DNA of 64,000 nt from an uncultured Syntrophaceae bacterium (GTDB lineage: Bacteria; Desulfobacterota; Syntrophia; Syntrophales; PHBD01), in assembly GCA_964578535.1 (NCBI GenBank), contig CAZODI010000001.1, positions 108,338 through 172,337 of the forward strand, written 5' to 3'. The position numbers and the translations under genes are program-made. Of this stretch, positions 46,271 to 55,121 are shown in pieces. Position 1 is the stretch's first letter; every line of letters begins with the position of its first letter. Under the pieces are notes generated by a model. That model was not told where the DNA came from. It did not search any database and saw only the letters and a list, made by a program, of their open reading frames with translations.

Positions 46271-47626
46271 TCAGGAAATCGTCCGCTTCACTTCTGCGAG
46301 CGTTCCCTCGACGAGGCTGCGGATTTCCCGGAGGCGGTCCTCTGTCACCGCCTCAAAGCGCAGGACGAGGACCGGCTGGGTGTTGGAGGCGCGGATCAGG
46401 CCCCAGCCGTCGGGAAAGGGGATGCGCACGCCGTCGATGTCGATGATCTTGTGCGTCCTGGAAAAACGGGCCTTCACCTCCTCGACGACCCGGAACTTCA
46501 GCTCGTCCGGGCAGTCCACACGGATCTCCGGCGTGGTGAAGGTTTTTGGAACGTCCGCCAGCAGGGCGCTCAGGGTGACATCGGAGGAGGAGACGATTTC
46601 CAGGAGGCGGACCGCCGCGTAGATCGCATCGTCGTACCCGAAGTAGCGGTCTGCAAAAAACAGGTGGCCGCTCATCTCCCCGGCCAGGACGGCGTTTTCT
46701 TCCTTCATTTTCCCCTTGATCAGGGAATGGCCGGCCTTCCACATGATGGGCCGCCCGCCGTGCCGGGCGATGTCGTCGTAAAGGTTCTGGGAGCACTTCA
46801 CCTCGCCGATGATCGCCGCGCCGGGACGCTCCTTGAGGATGAACCGGGAAAACAGGAGCAGAAGCTCGTCGCCCCAGAGAATACGCCCCTCGTCGGTGAC
46901 GGCTCCGATGCGGTCGGCGTCCCCGTCGAAGGCGATGCCGAGATCGGCTCCTTCCTTCTTTACAAGGGCGATCAGGTCCTTCAGGTTTTCCGGCACCGTC
47001 GGATCGGGAAAATGGTTCGGGAATCGGCCGTCGGGCTCGCAGTAGATATCGGTGACACGGCAGCCCAGGCGCCGGAACAGGGGCAGGACGAAGAGGCCGC
47101 CGACCCCGTTTCCCCCGTCGACGACGACGGAGATACCCTTCCGGACCGCTACGTTCCCGAACAGAAGGTCCTCGTAAGCGCCCGAGACATCCTGAGTCGT
47201 CATGCGGCCCTCACCCCGTTCATAGCGGCCCTTCTCCATGATCCGGCGGACTTCCTGGATGTCGTCGCCATAGATCGTGTCGGGACCGATGCAGATTTTG
47301 AAACCGTTGAATTCCGGAGGGTTGTGGCTTCCGGTGACCATGACGCCGCCGTCCGTTTCCAGGTGGCGGATGGAGTAATAGAGAACGGGCGTCGCGCACA
47401 TGCCCACGTCGATGACGTCGATGCCGGTGCTCCGGAGACCCCGGGCCATCTCCCCGGCGTAGGATTCGGAGCTGAGCCGGCAGTCCCGGCCCAGGGTCAT
47501 GGTCCGGACTCCCCGCTGCCGGGCGTAGGTTCCGATGGCCTGCCCGAGTTCCCGGACGAAATCGGGATTCAGGTCCCTGTCCACCAGGCCCCTGACGTCG
47601 TATTCCCGGAAAATCTCTGGGTTCAT
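46271..47626 (-). CDS. Phosphomannomutase/phosphoglucomutase (alpha-D-phosphohexomutase family)
   Basis: MNPEIFREYDVRG start, active-site TGSHNPPEFNG and metal loop FDGDADR. RBS AAGGAGG. Confidence 0.9.
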   Translation of the reverse strand: MNPEIFREYDVRGLVDRDLNPDFVRELGQAIGTYARQRGVRTMTLGRDCRLSSESYAGEMARGLRSTGIDVIDVGMCATPVLYYSIRHLETDGGVMVTGSHNPPEFNGFKICIGPDTIYGDDIQEVRRIMEKGRYERGEGRMTTQDVSGAYEDLLFGNVAVRKGISVVVDGGNGVGGLFVLPLFRRLGCRVTDIYCEPDGRFPNHFPDPTVPENLKDLIALVKKEGADLGIAFDGDADRIGAVTDEGRILWGDELLLLFSRFILKERPGAAIIGEVKCSQNLYDDIARHGGRPIMWKAGHSLIKGKMKEENAVLAGEMSGHLFFADRYFGYDDAIYAAVRLLEIVSSSDVTLSALLADVPKTFTTPEIRVDCPDELKFRVVEEVKARFSRTHKIIDIDGVRIPFPDGWGLIRASNTQPVLVLRFEAVTEDRLREIRSLVEGTLAEVKRTIS

Positions 47627-47831
47627 GATGGCCTCCTTGTTGATTCGGCGGGTTATGGAAGGCGGCCTCCCCGGCAAGCTGCGGGGAAGCACGTGCAGTA
47701 CATTGAAAGTACGGCGTTCTATGTTAAAAAGGGCGGCCCTGTCAAGAAGGATTTGAGGGCCGATAGACCTTGACAACGGCAGGTGAATCCATTAGCGTAG
47801 CGCCCCTAAACGGTACTGGCTGGAGTGCATC

Positions 47832-48242
47832 ATGATCGGTGTTCTGATTACAACCCATGGCGATCTTGGCAAGGAGCTGATCAAGGCCGCGGAAATGATC
47901 AAAGGTCCCATGAAGGGCGTCCTCCACATTCCCATCGACCAGAGCAAGGGCGTCGAAGAGATCAAAAAGGAAATCAGCACCGCCATCAAGAAGCTCGACC
48001 AGGGCAATGGGGTCCTCATCATGACGGACCTCTTCGGCGGAACGCCTTCCAACATTTCCCTTTCCTTCATGAAGGACGGGAAGATCGAGGTCGTCACCGG
48101 CGTCAATCTCCCCATGATGCTGAAGCTCGCCGATGTCCGCGAGACCATGAACCTGAAGGACTTCTCCTGCTTCATCAAGGATTACGGACGGAACAACATC
48201 TCCCTCGCCAGCGAGATCCTCAACAGGAAGGTCGGCACATGA
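47832..48242 (+). CDS. PTS mannose/fructose/sorbose-family EIIA component
   Basis: MIGVLITTHGDLGKEL contains the active-site His region typical of EIIA-Man. Confidence 0.8.
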   Translation: MIGVLITTHGDLGKELIKAAEMIKGPMKGVLHIPIDQSKGVEEIKKEISTAIKKLDQGNGVLIMTDLFGGTPSNISLSFMKDGKIEVVTGVNLPMMLKLADVRETMNLKDFSCFIKDYGRNNISLASEILNRKVGT

Positions 48243-48255
48243 CGGGTTCCCGGAC

Positions 48256-48744
48256 ATGGACATCGCCCTGGTGAGAATCGACAACCGTCTGGTCCACGGC
48301 CAGATCATCGAGGCATGGGTTCCCTATGCCAGGGCCAACTGCATCATCGTTGTCGACGACCACGTGGCGAGCGACTTTTTCCGGGAGACCGTCATCAAGA
48401 TGTCCGTCCCCCGGGAAATCGAGACCCTGATCAGCAGCGTCGACGAGTTTCCGACCAACATCCGGAGCATCGAGAGAAAAGGCCGCAAGGCCATCATCCT
48501 CTTCTCATCCATGAAGGATGCCCTGCGGGCGTATCGGGGCGGATTTCACTTCGACCGCCTGAACATCGGGAACATCCACAACGAGGAGTGCATCCAGCAG
48601 TGCGCTCCCTCGGTCCTGCTGGGGGAAGAGGACATCAGCGCCATTCGGGAGCTGGTGAAGGACGGCGTCCACGTGGACGTCCGCCGCGTCCCGCGGGAGA
48701 AACCCGTTGACCTCCGGGACGTCCTCGGCGACGAGGTCCGATAG
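48256..48744 (+). CDS. PTS mannose/fructose/sorbose-family EIIB component
   Basis: VRIDNRLVHGQI phosphorylation-site motif. Confidence 0.8.
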   Translation: MDIALVRIDNRLVHGQIIEAWVPYARANCIIVVDDHVASDFFRETVIKMSVPREIETLISSVDEFPTNIRSIERKGRKAIILFSSMKDALRAYRGGFHFDRLNIGNIHNEECIQQCAPSVLLGEEDISAIRELVKDGVHVDVRRVPREKPVDLRDVLGDEVR

Positions 48745-48785
48745 CGCCGTCCCGACCGCCCCGAGGACACCCGCCGGAGGGACCC

Positions 48786-49484
48786 GTGCACTGGAAAATC
48801 CTTGTCATTGCCGCAGCCGGAGGGTTGATGTGCCTGGACCGGGTCGTACTCCAGGCCATGATCTCCCGCCCCGTCGTGGCAGGGACCCTTACGGGCTGGA
48901 TGCTGGGGGATCCGGCGACGGGACTGCTCGTGGGAGCCCTGATCGAGCTGTTCTGGATCGACCACCTGCCCATCGGGACCTACATTCCCCCCAACGAAAC
49001 CATCGTGACCGTTCTTGCCGTTTCCGCCGCGGCCCTGAACAGCCCGGGCCTGTCCGGGAACGTTCCCAGGGAGGCCGTCGCCCTTTCCCTTTTGTTGTTT
49101 CTGCCCGTTGCCCACCTCGCCCAGAAGGGGGAGCAGGTTCTCGTCATGTTGAACGAGCGCCTGGCGCGGCAGGCCGTTGCGGCCGGTGAGGCGGGCGATC
49201 TCGGGGCCGTCTCCCGGTTGCACGTACGGGCGATCGGCCGCTACTGGCTGTCGTCGGCGGGGCTGCTGGCCGTCCTTTTGGCGGTTGGCGTCCCTCTCCT
49301 GGGCTGGCTTCTGGAGCATCTATCCCATTCGGTCCGCATGGCCCTGCAGCTGACGTATTTCATGTTTCCCGTCGTGGGAATCGCCGCCGCCCTGAAGGCC
49401 TTTTCCCAGAAGAGGGCGCTGCACGTATTCTGCGGCGTGTACCTGGCGGCCGTTTTCTTCCTTGAGCTGTTCCAGGGATCATGA
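48786..49484 (+). CDS. PTS mannose/sorbose-family EIIC membrane component
   Basis: Multi-TM protein with the pattern LDRVVLQAMISRPVVAGTLTGWMLGDPATGLLVGALIELFWI, typical of EII-Sor. GTG start. Confidence 0.7.
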   Translation: MHWKILVIAAAGGLMCLDRVVLQAMISRPVVAGTLTGWMLGDPATGLLVGALIELFWIDHLPIGTYIPPNETIVTVLAVSAAALNSPGLSGNVPREAVALSLLLFLPVAHLAQKGEQVLVMLNERLARQAVAAGEAGDLGAVSRLHVRAIGRYWLSSAGLLAVLLAVGVPLLGWLLEHLSHSVRMALQLTYFMFPVVGIAAALKAFSQKRALHVFCGVYLAAVFFLELFQGS

Positions 49485-49497
49485 CCCGGAGTCCCGG

Positions 49498-49956
49498 ATG
49501 AGCCCGTCCATCGAACTTTCCCCGGTGACGGAAGCGGACCTGGAGGAGATCCTGGCCATCGAGCGGGCCTCCTTTCCGACCCCCTGGTCCCGGGAGCTGT
49601 TCCTGCGGGAGCTGGACCTGGCCATCTCCAGGAGTCTTGCGGCGCGGGAGACGGGAAGACCGGGGGCCGTCTGCGGGTATTTGTTCTTCTGGTTCGTGGC
49701 CGGCGAGGGACAGCTGCAGCGGATCGCCGTGCGGCAGGACCTCCGGCGCGCCGGCATCGCCGACTGCCTCATGAAGGGAATGCTGGATCTGTGCACCCGG
49801 GAGGACGTGGCGCGGGTGGTTCTGGAGGTGCGGAGAAGCAACGCGGCGGCCATCGGGCTGTACCGGAAATGGGGGTTTCAACGCACCGGCACCCGGCGCG
49901 GCTATTATCCCGAAACCGGCGAAGACGCGCTGCTCATGGAGTGGAATGCTCCGTGA
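49498..49956 (+). CDS. rimI: Ribosomal-protein-alanine N-acetyltransferase (GNAT)
   Basis: ILAIERASFPTPWSRE and QRIAVRQDLRRAGIA (acetyl-CoA site) motifs. Confidence 0.75.
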   Translation: MSPSIELSPVTEADLEEILAIERASFPTPWSRELFLRELDLAISRSLAARETGRPGAVCGYLFFWFVAGEGQLQRIAVRQDLRRAGIADCLMKGMLDLCTREDVARVVLEVRRSNAAAIGLYRKWGFQRTGTRRGYYPETGEDALLMEWNAP

Positions 49957-50060
49957 CGGGGAGCGGGCCGGAATTGTCGTTGCAATTGCCGGTCTCCTGT
50001 GAGAAAAGAGACGGGACCATTCAAGCATTCAGGATCGTTCAAGAAATCGAATTGGGAATC

Positions 50061-50900
50061 ATGGCGGACCAGGCGAAGCAGGGAATGGAGCGAAATGTCG
50101 AGGGAGTGGTGCTGTCGAATCGCGAGACAACGCCCGGCCATTTCCACATGGTCCTGGGGCTCCCGATTCCCATCGCCGACCCCGTTCCGGGCCAGTTCGT
50201 CATGGTGCGGATGCACGACCGGTCGGACCCCCTCCTGGCCCGGCCCCTCGGAATCTACGGCTTCTCGCGGCGCAGGGGGGAGGCCCGCCTGGAGCTTCTC
50301 TACCGGGTGGCCGGGAAGGGTACGGCCCTCCTCTCAGGCCTCCCGACGGGCCGGGTGCTGCAGGTCCTGGGCCCACTGGGCCGCGGCTTCCGCATGGTCC
50401 CGGAACTCCGGACCATCGTGCTTGTCTCCGGCGGCATCGGCATCGCTCCCCTGACCTTCCTGGCGGAGCATTACCGGGGACTCCCGGACGGGGCGGAAAG
50501 AGAGATTGTCTGCTACGCCGGCGCCCGCTGCGCCGACGCCCTCGTCGGGCTGGAGCGGATGGAGGCGCTGTGCTCGCGCGTGGTCGTCACCACGGACGAC
50601 GGCACCTGCGGTTCATGCGGCATCGTGACGGACCCCCTCGGCCTGGATCTGCCCTCGTTCCGTCCCGAAGAGGCGGCCCTCTACGCCTGCGGTCCCCGGC
50701 CGATGCTGTTGTGCCTGGCGGACATGCTCCGGGACTCGCCGGTTCCGTGCCAGGTATCCGTGGAGGAGCGCATGGCCTGCGGGCTCGGGGCATGCCTGGG
50801 CTGCGCCGTCGCGGTCCGCGGCCGGGACAATGCCTTGTCATACGTGCGGGTCTGCAGGGAAGGACCGGTTTTCGACATCCATGAACTCGACTGGCAATAG
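50061..50900 (+). CDS. pyrK: Dihydroorotate dehydrogenase (class 1B) electron-transfer subunit
   Basis: FAD/NAD-binding ferredoxin-reductase fold and a C-terminal 2Fe-2S cysteine cluster (CGLGACLGC...VCREGP). It lies directly upstream of pyrD. Confidence 0.85.
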   Translation: MADQAKQGMERNVEGVVLSNRETTPGHFHMVLGLPIPIADPVPGQFVMVRMHDRSDPLLARPLGIYGFSRRRGEARLELLYRVAGKGTALLSGLPTGRVLQVLGPLGRGFRMVPELRTIVLVSGGIGIAPLTFLAEHYRGLPDGAEREIVCYAGARCADALVGLERMEALCSRVVVTTDDGTCGSCGIVTDPLGLDLPSFRPEEAALYACGPRPMLLCLADMLRDSPVPCQVSVEERMACGLGACLGCAVAVRGRDNALSYVRVCREGPVFDIHELDWQ

Positions 50901-51825
50901 ACTTCCGTCGCTCGCCGTCTCGATCGGCGGCCTGAACCTGAGAAACCCGGTCATGCCCGCGTCGGGCACCTTCGGGTACGGAGAGGAGTATGCCCCCTTC
51001 GCGGATCTGAACCGCCTGGGGGCCGTCGTCACCAAGGGTATTTCCCTCCGGCCCCGGGCCGGCAACCCGCCGCCCCGGATCATGGAGACGCCCGCGGGGA
51101 TGCTCAACGCCGTGGGGCTGCAGAACGTGGGCGTAAAGGCATTCATCTCGGAAAAGCTCCCTTATCTCAAGAAGTTCGACGTCCCCGTCATCGTCAACAT
51201 CTTTGGAGAAGCCGTCGACGAATACGCCGCCGTGGCGGAGGCCCTGAGCCGGGCCGGCGGCGTGCACGCCCTGGAGGTGAACATCTCCTGCCCCAACGTG
51301 AAGAAGGGCGGGATCGCCTTCGGGGCGCGGCCGGAGTCCGCGGCGGAGGTGACGGCGGCGGTCCGGGGAAGCACGGACCTGCCGGTGATCGTGAAGCTCA
51401 CCCCCAACGTCACAGATATCGTCGAGATCGCCCTCGCCGCCGAATCCGCCGGAGCCCATGCCCTCTCGCTCATCAACACCCTCCTGGGCATGTCCGTGGA
51501 CGTGGAGCGGCGCGTTCCCCATCTCGCGAATGTCACCGGAGGGCTCTCCGGACCGGCCGTGCGGCCCGTGGCGGTGCGCATGGTCTGGCAGGTCGCCGGC
51601 CGGGTGAAGGTCCCCGTCATCGGGGTCGGCGGCATCGCCGATGCAGCCGGCGCCCTGGAATTCCTCATCGCCGGGGCCTCCGCCGTCCAGGTGGGGACGG
51701 GGCAGTTCATGAATCCCCGGACCATCCTCGACGTCATCGAGGGGATCGGGGCCTACCTTGTGCGGCACGGCATGAAGGATGTCCGGGATCTGGTCGGCTC
51801 GCTCACGTGCAACAACGTACGGTAA
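50881..51825 (+). CDS. pyrD: Dihydroorotate dehydrogenase catalytic subunit (class 1B)
   Basis: NPVMPASGTFGYG, NISCPN and GGI motifs. ATG 50881 overlaps the pyrK 3' end by 20 nt. Confidence 0.9.
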   Translation: MNSTGNRLPSLAVSIGGLNLRNPVMPASGTFGYGEEYAPFADLNRLGAVVTKGISLRPRAGNPPPRIMETPAGMLNAVGLQNVGVKAFISEKLPYLKKFDVPVIVNIFGEAVDEYAAVAEALSRAGGVHALEVNISCPNVKKGGIAFGARPESAAEVTAAVRGSTDLPVIVKLTPNVTDIVEIALAAESAGAHALSLINTLLGMSVDVERRVPHLANVTGGLSGPAVRPVAVRMVWQVAGRVKVPVIGVGGIADAAGALEFLIAGASAVQVGTGQFMNPRTILDVIEGIGAYLVRHGMKDVRDLVGSLTCNNVR

Positions 51826-51835
51826 GGAGAACGTC

Positions 51836-52708
51836 ATGAAGAAAGCAATCCTGTTGGCTGCAGTCCTGCTCCTGGCGGCCCTGCCGGCGTTCGCCGCCTC
51901 CTCCGCCATCACCGAGGCGGAGGGCTACTCCTGCATGGGCTATGACAAGTCCCGGAAGGCCACGGAAGACGACGCGCTGGCCAATGCCCGGCGGCAGGCG
52001 CTGGAGTACGCCGCGACGTACGTGAAGAGCGAGACGAAAGTCGAGGATGCGACGGTCCTCAAGGACCTTATCGAGGCCTATGCCAACGGCACCGTCCGGA
52101 TCCTCCAGGAACTCCAGCGGACCTGGTACACCGATCCCAAGACCGGAGAGTGCTTCCGGATCCGGGTCAAGGCCGAGATCCTTCCCGACACGAAGGCCAT
52201 GGACCGGGTCGCCGCAAAGCCCGCCCTGGCGGATGACCCCGGAGCCCCGCTGAACGTTCGCGTCTGGACGGACAGGCAGACGTACCGGCAATCGGAGCAG
52301 ATCCGGATTTTCCTGAAGGGGAACCGGCCGTTCTTCGCCCGGGTGATCTACCGCGACACGAAGGGGCAGATCCTCCAGTTGCTTCCGAATCCCTACCGGT
52401 CGGACAACTATTTCCAGGGTGGCGTGGTCTACGAGATCCCGTCCGGAAACGACCGGTTCCAGCTCGAAGTGGTCCCGCCCTTCGGTGAGGAGAAGATCAT
52501 GGTGTACGCCAGTTCCTCTCCCATCGGCGACCTCCAGCTCGAGGCGGCGGGCGGAGTCTATGAGGTGCGGACGAAGGCGGCGGACATGGATGTAAAGGTC
52601 CGGGGAGTGAGTGTGGTCAAAGCGCCCGTGAAGAACGCAAAGCCGGACGGGCCGGTCCCCGGGGCGGGCTTTTTCGAGACCTCGGCGACGCTGCGGACGA
52701 GCCGCTGA
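51836..52708 (+). CDS. Secreted DUF4384-domain protein
   Basis: Signal peptide MKKAILLAAVLLLAALPAFA (RBS AAGGAGA). The C-terminal region DRQTYRQSEQIRIFLKGNRPFFARVIY...LLPN follows the DUF4384 pattern. Confidence 0.6.
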   Translation: MKKAILLAAVLLLAALPAFAASSAITEAEGYSCMGYDKSRKATEDDALANARRQALEYAATYVKSETKVEDATVLKDLIEAYANGTVRILQELQRTWYTDPKTGECFRIRVKAEILPDTKAMDRVAAKPALADDPGAPLNVRVWTDRQTYRQSEQIRIFLKGNRPFFARVIYRDTKGQILQLLPNPYRSDNYFQGGVVYEIPSGNDRFQLEVVPPFGEEKIMVYASSSPIGDLQLEAAGGVYEVRTKAADMDVKVRGVSVVKAPVKNAKPDGPVPGAGFFETSATLRTSR

Positions 52709-52725
52709 ACGAAAGGGGGAGGGCC

Positions 52726-53409
52726 ATGGGCAGGGCGGAGGCCGTCTGGGACGGCATCTGGCTCGTGGGGGGACCGGACGTCTCCCGGTCCGACGACGCC
52801 ACGGTGTTCGTCATCGATTTCCACGGGGAGCTGGTCATGATCGACTCCGGGGCTGGCGGCAGCTCGAAAGCCCTCCTGCGGAACATCGAGGAGGCGGGGC
52901 TGGATCCCAAGGCCATCTCCACCCTGATCCTGACCCACTGCCACATCGACCACATCGGGTCGGCACCCTTCTTCCGCGACCGGTTCGGCTGCCGGATCCT
53001 GATCCACGAACTGGACGCGGAGGCGATCGAGGCGGGGGACCCCGTCCGGACGGCGGCCAACTGGTACGAGACGGACTTCCCGCCCACCCGGGTGGACCGG
53101 CGCCTCAAGGGGGAGGAGGAGATCCTGGCCTTCGGCGACGAGGAGCTGCACTGCCTTCACACGCCGGGCCACACGCCCGGCTCCATCGTGGTCTGGCTCG
53201 ACCGGAACGGGAAGCGGATTCTTTTCGGGCAGGACATCCACGGCCCCTTCATGTCGGCCTTCCGCTCCAACATCAGCGACTGGCGGGCCTCCATGAAGAA
53301 GATCCTGGCTTTGGAGCCGGACATTCTCTGCGAGGGGCACTTCGGAATCTTCGAGCCGAAGGAACAGGCCGCCGCCTACATCCACCGCTACCTGCGCATG
53401 AACGGCTGA
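52726..53409 (+). CDS. MBL-fold metallo-hydrolase
   Basis: THCHIDHIG and a later HTPGHTPGS motif. Confidence 0.8.
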   Translation: MGRAEAVWDGIWLVGGPDVSRSDDATVFVIDFHGELVMIDSGAGGSSKALLRNIEEAGLDPKAISTLILTHCHIDHIGSAPFFRDRFGCRILIHELDAEAIEAGDPVRTAANWYETDFPPTRVDRRLKGEEEILAFGDEELHCLHTPGHTPGSIVVWLDRNGKRILFGQDIHGPFMSAFRSNISDWRASMKKILALEPDILCEGHFGIFEPKEQAAAYIHRYLRMNG

Positions 53410-53422
53410 CGCGGAGGCTCCC

Positions 53423-53878
53423 GTGAAGACACTGAAACAGTTCGAGAAGGCCACGGTTTACGCCCTCATCGGCATGATGGCCCTGACGGTCTTCCTGGCA
53501 ACCGTCGAGGTGGCCTGGCTCCTGGTCCGGGATATTTTCAGTCCTCCCCTTTTCCTCCTGGAGATCGACGAACTCCTGGAGATCTTCGGCATGTTTCTCC
53601 TGGTTCTCATCGGGCTGGAGCTCATTCACACCCTCAAGAGTTACCTCTCCGCCGAGCCGGTCCACCTGGAAGTCGTCCTGATGCTGGCGATCATCGCGGT
53701 GGCCCGGAAGGTGATCGTTCTGGACGTGAAGGAGGCCTCCGGCATGACCCTGGTCGGGATCGCCGCCATCGTCCTCGCCCTGTCCATCGGGTACTATCTT
53801 GTGACCTGCGGGGTGAAGCAGCGGATGGCCGCCTGTGCCGCTGCAAGGGAAGCCGGAAAGCCGGAAGACGGAGCATGA
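53423..53878 (+). CDS. PsiE-like (phosphate-starvation-inducible E family) membrane protein
   Basis: 151 aa with 4 predicted TM segments and the motif pattern ELIHTLKSYL. GTG start. Confidence 0.5.
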   Translation: MKTLKQFEKATVYALIGMMALTVFLATVEVAWLLVRDIFSPPLFLLEIDELLEIFGMFLLVLIGLELIHTLKSYLSAEPVHLEVVLMLAIIAVARKVIVLDVKEASGMTLVGIAAIVLALSIGYYLVTCGVKQRMAACAAAREAGKPEDGA

Positions 53879-53890
53879 AAAGGTCTTGCG

Positions 53891-55039
53891 TCACTCAACC
53901 GGTTTCCGGACCAGTTCGAGGAAGCGGTCAACCAGGTAGGGGTTAAAGGTCGTTCCCTTTTCCTTGATCAGGATCTGCTCGATCTTTTCCTGCGGCATCG
54001 GGTCGCGGTAGGGCCGGGCCGTCCGGAGGGCGTCGAAGACGTCGGCAACCGAGATCATCTGGCTGACGATGTTGGTCCTCCAGTTCTGTTTCAAATGGGG
54101 ATAGCCGGTGCCGTCGAACTTGATGTGATGCTCCATGGCGGCCAGGACGGCGAGGTTGGTCACCCCCTTGATCTTCATCAGGTACATGGCCCCGTTGATG
54201 GTGTGGTTTTCCATGACGGCCCGTTCTTCCGAGGTCAGGCTCCCCGGTTTCATAAGGATCTCTTCCGGCGTGGTGATCTTGCCGATATCGTGCAGGGTGG
54301 CGGCCACCCCGATGTTCTTCAGGTGAGGGGCTTTGAATCCCACGTACTCCGCAAGGTACATGGTCAGGATCCCCACGTTTGCCGTGTGGGTGAAGGTGTA
54401 CTCGTCGCTGGACTTGAGTTCCGAGAGGAGCTTCAGGGGGTTCACTTCCTTGCGGAGACCGTCCATGAAGTTGACGACCATGTCGTCCACCCGATCCATG
54501 TCCAGGTTGCTTCCCTTGGCGATGCTGCGGTAGATGTTGCGGACGAGCTGGTCCGGGGTCTCGATCTCCAGCTCGACGAATTCGTCGAGGTCCAGCTCGG
54601 AAGAGACGATGCCGGTCCCGTCATCGACTTCTCCCTTTTCCGCTTCTTTCAGCTTGATCTTCCCGATGCGGATCTGGGGCAGGGAGTGAACGGATTTTGC
54701 CTCCGGATCCGACAGATTGCGCACGAATGTCTCCAACTGGGAGAGCGGGAGTCCCCGGACAAAGGTGATCCGCTCGACGGACCGTTTCCTGAGGATGCGG
54801 ATCAGCGCGGCTTCCGTCGCCCCCGCCAGCAGGAGGGGCCGGTTGTCGACGGTGAGGTGCTCCCCCAGGAGCAGGATGGTCGTGTCCAGCCGGATGCTCA
54901 TGAGATATTTGAAGTGCTCGTAGGCGCCCTGGATATGCGAGAGAACCAGAGGGTGGTCCGACGGATAGATACCGGAGTTCTGGACGGCAGCTGTCAGCTG
55001 TGTAACCGCTTCGCCGATGGAATCCTGGTATGTCGCCAT
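53891..55039 (-). CDS. HD-GYP domain c-di-GMP phosphodiesterase with N-terminal uncharacterised domain
   Basis: LHDIGK and HH..FDGTGYP motifs. Confidence 0.85.
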   Translation of the reverse strand: MATYQDSIGEAVTQLTAAVQNSGIYPSDHPLVLSHIQGAYEHFKYLMSIRLDTTILLLGEHLTVDNRPLLLAGATEAALIRILRKRSVERITFVRGLPLSQLETFVRNLSDPEAKSVHSLPQIRIGKIKLKEAEKGEVDDGTGIVSSELDLDEFVELEIETPDQLVRNIYRSIAKGSNLDMDRVDDMVVNFMDGLRKEVNPLKLLSELKSSDEYTFTHTANVGILTMYLAEYVGFKAPHLKNIGVAATLHDIGKITTPEEILMKPGSLTSEERAVMENHTINGAMYLMKIKGVTNLAVLAAMEHHIKFDGTGYPHLKQNWRTNIVSQMISVADVFDALRTARPYRDPMPQEKIEQILIKEKGTTFNPYLVDRFLELVRKPVE

Positions 55040-55121
55040 GGGTCAAGACCTCCGACGTGTCTCCGGCTTCTGCCGGCCGTCCATTGTCGATGACGACCGG
55101 GCCCGGTCTTCCGGTTCATTC

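Noticed and set aside
47790-47831. TGGCTGGAGTGCA upstream of the PTS EIIA gene as a sigma-54 promoter
   Set aside because: The GG-to-GC spacing is about 9 nt instead of 12, and there is no TTGC element.
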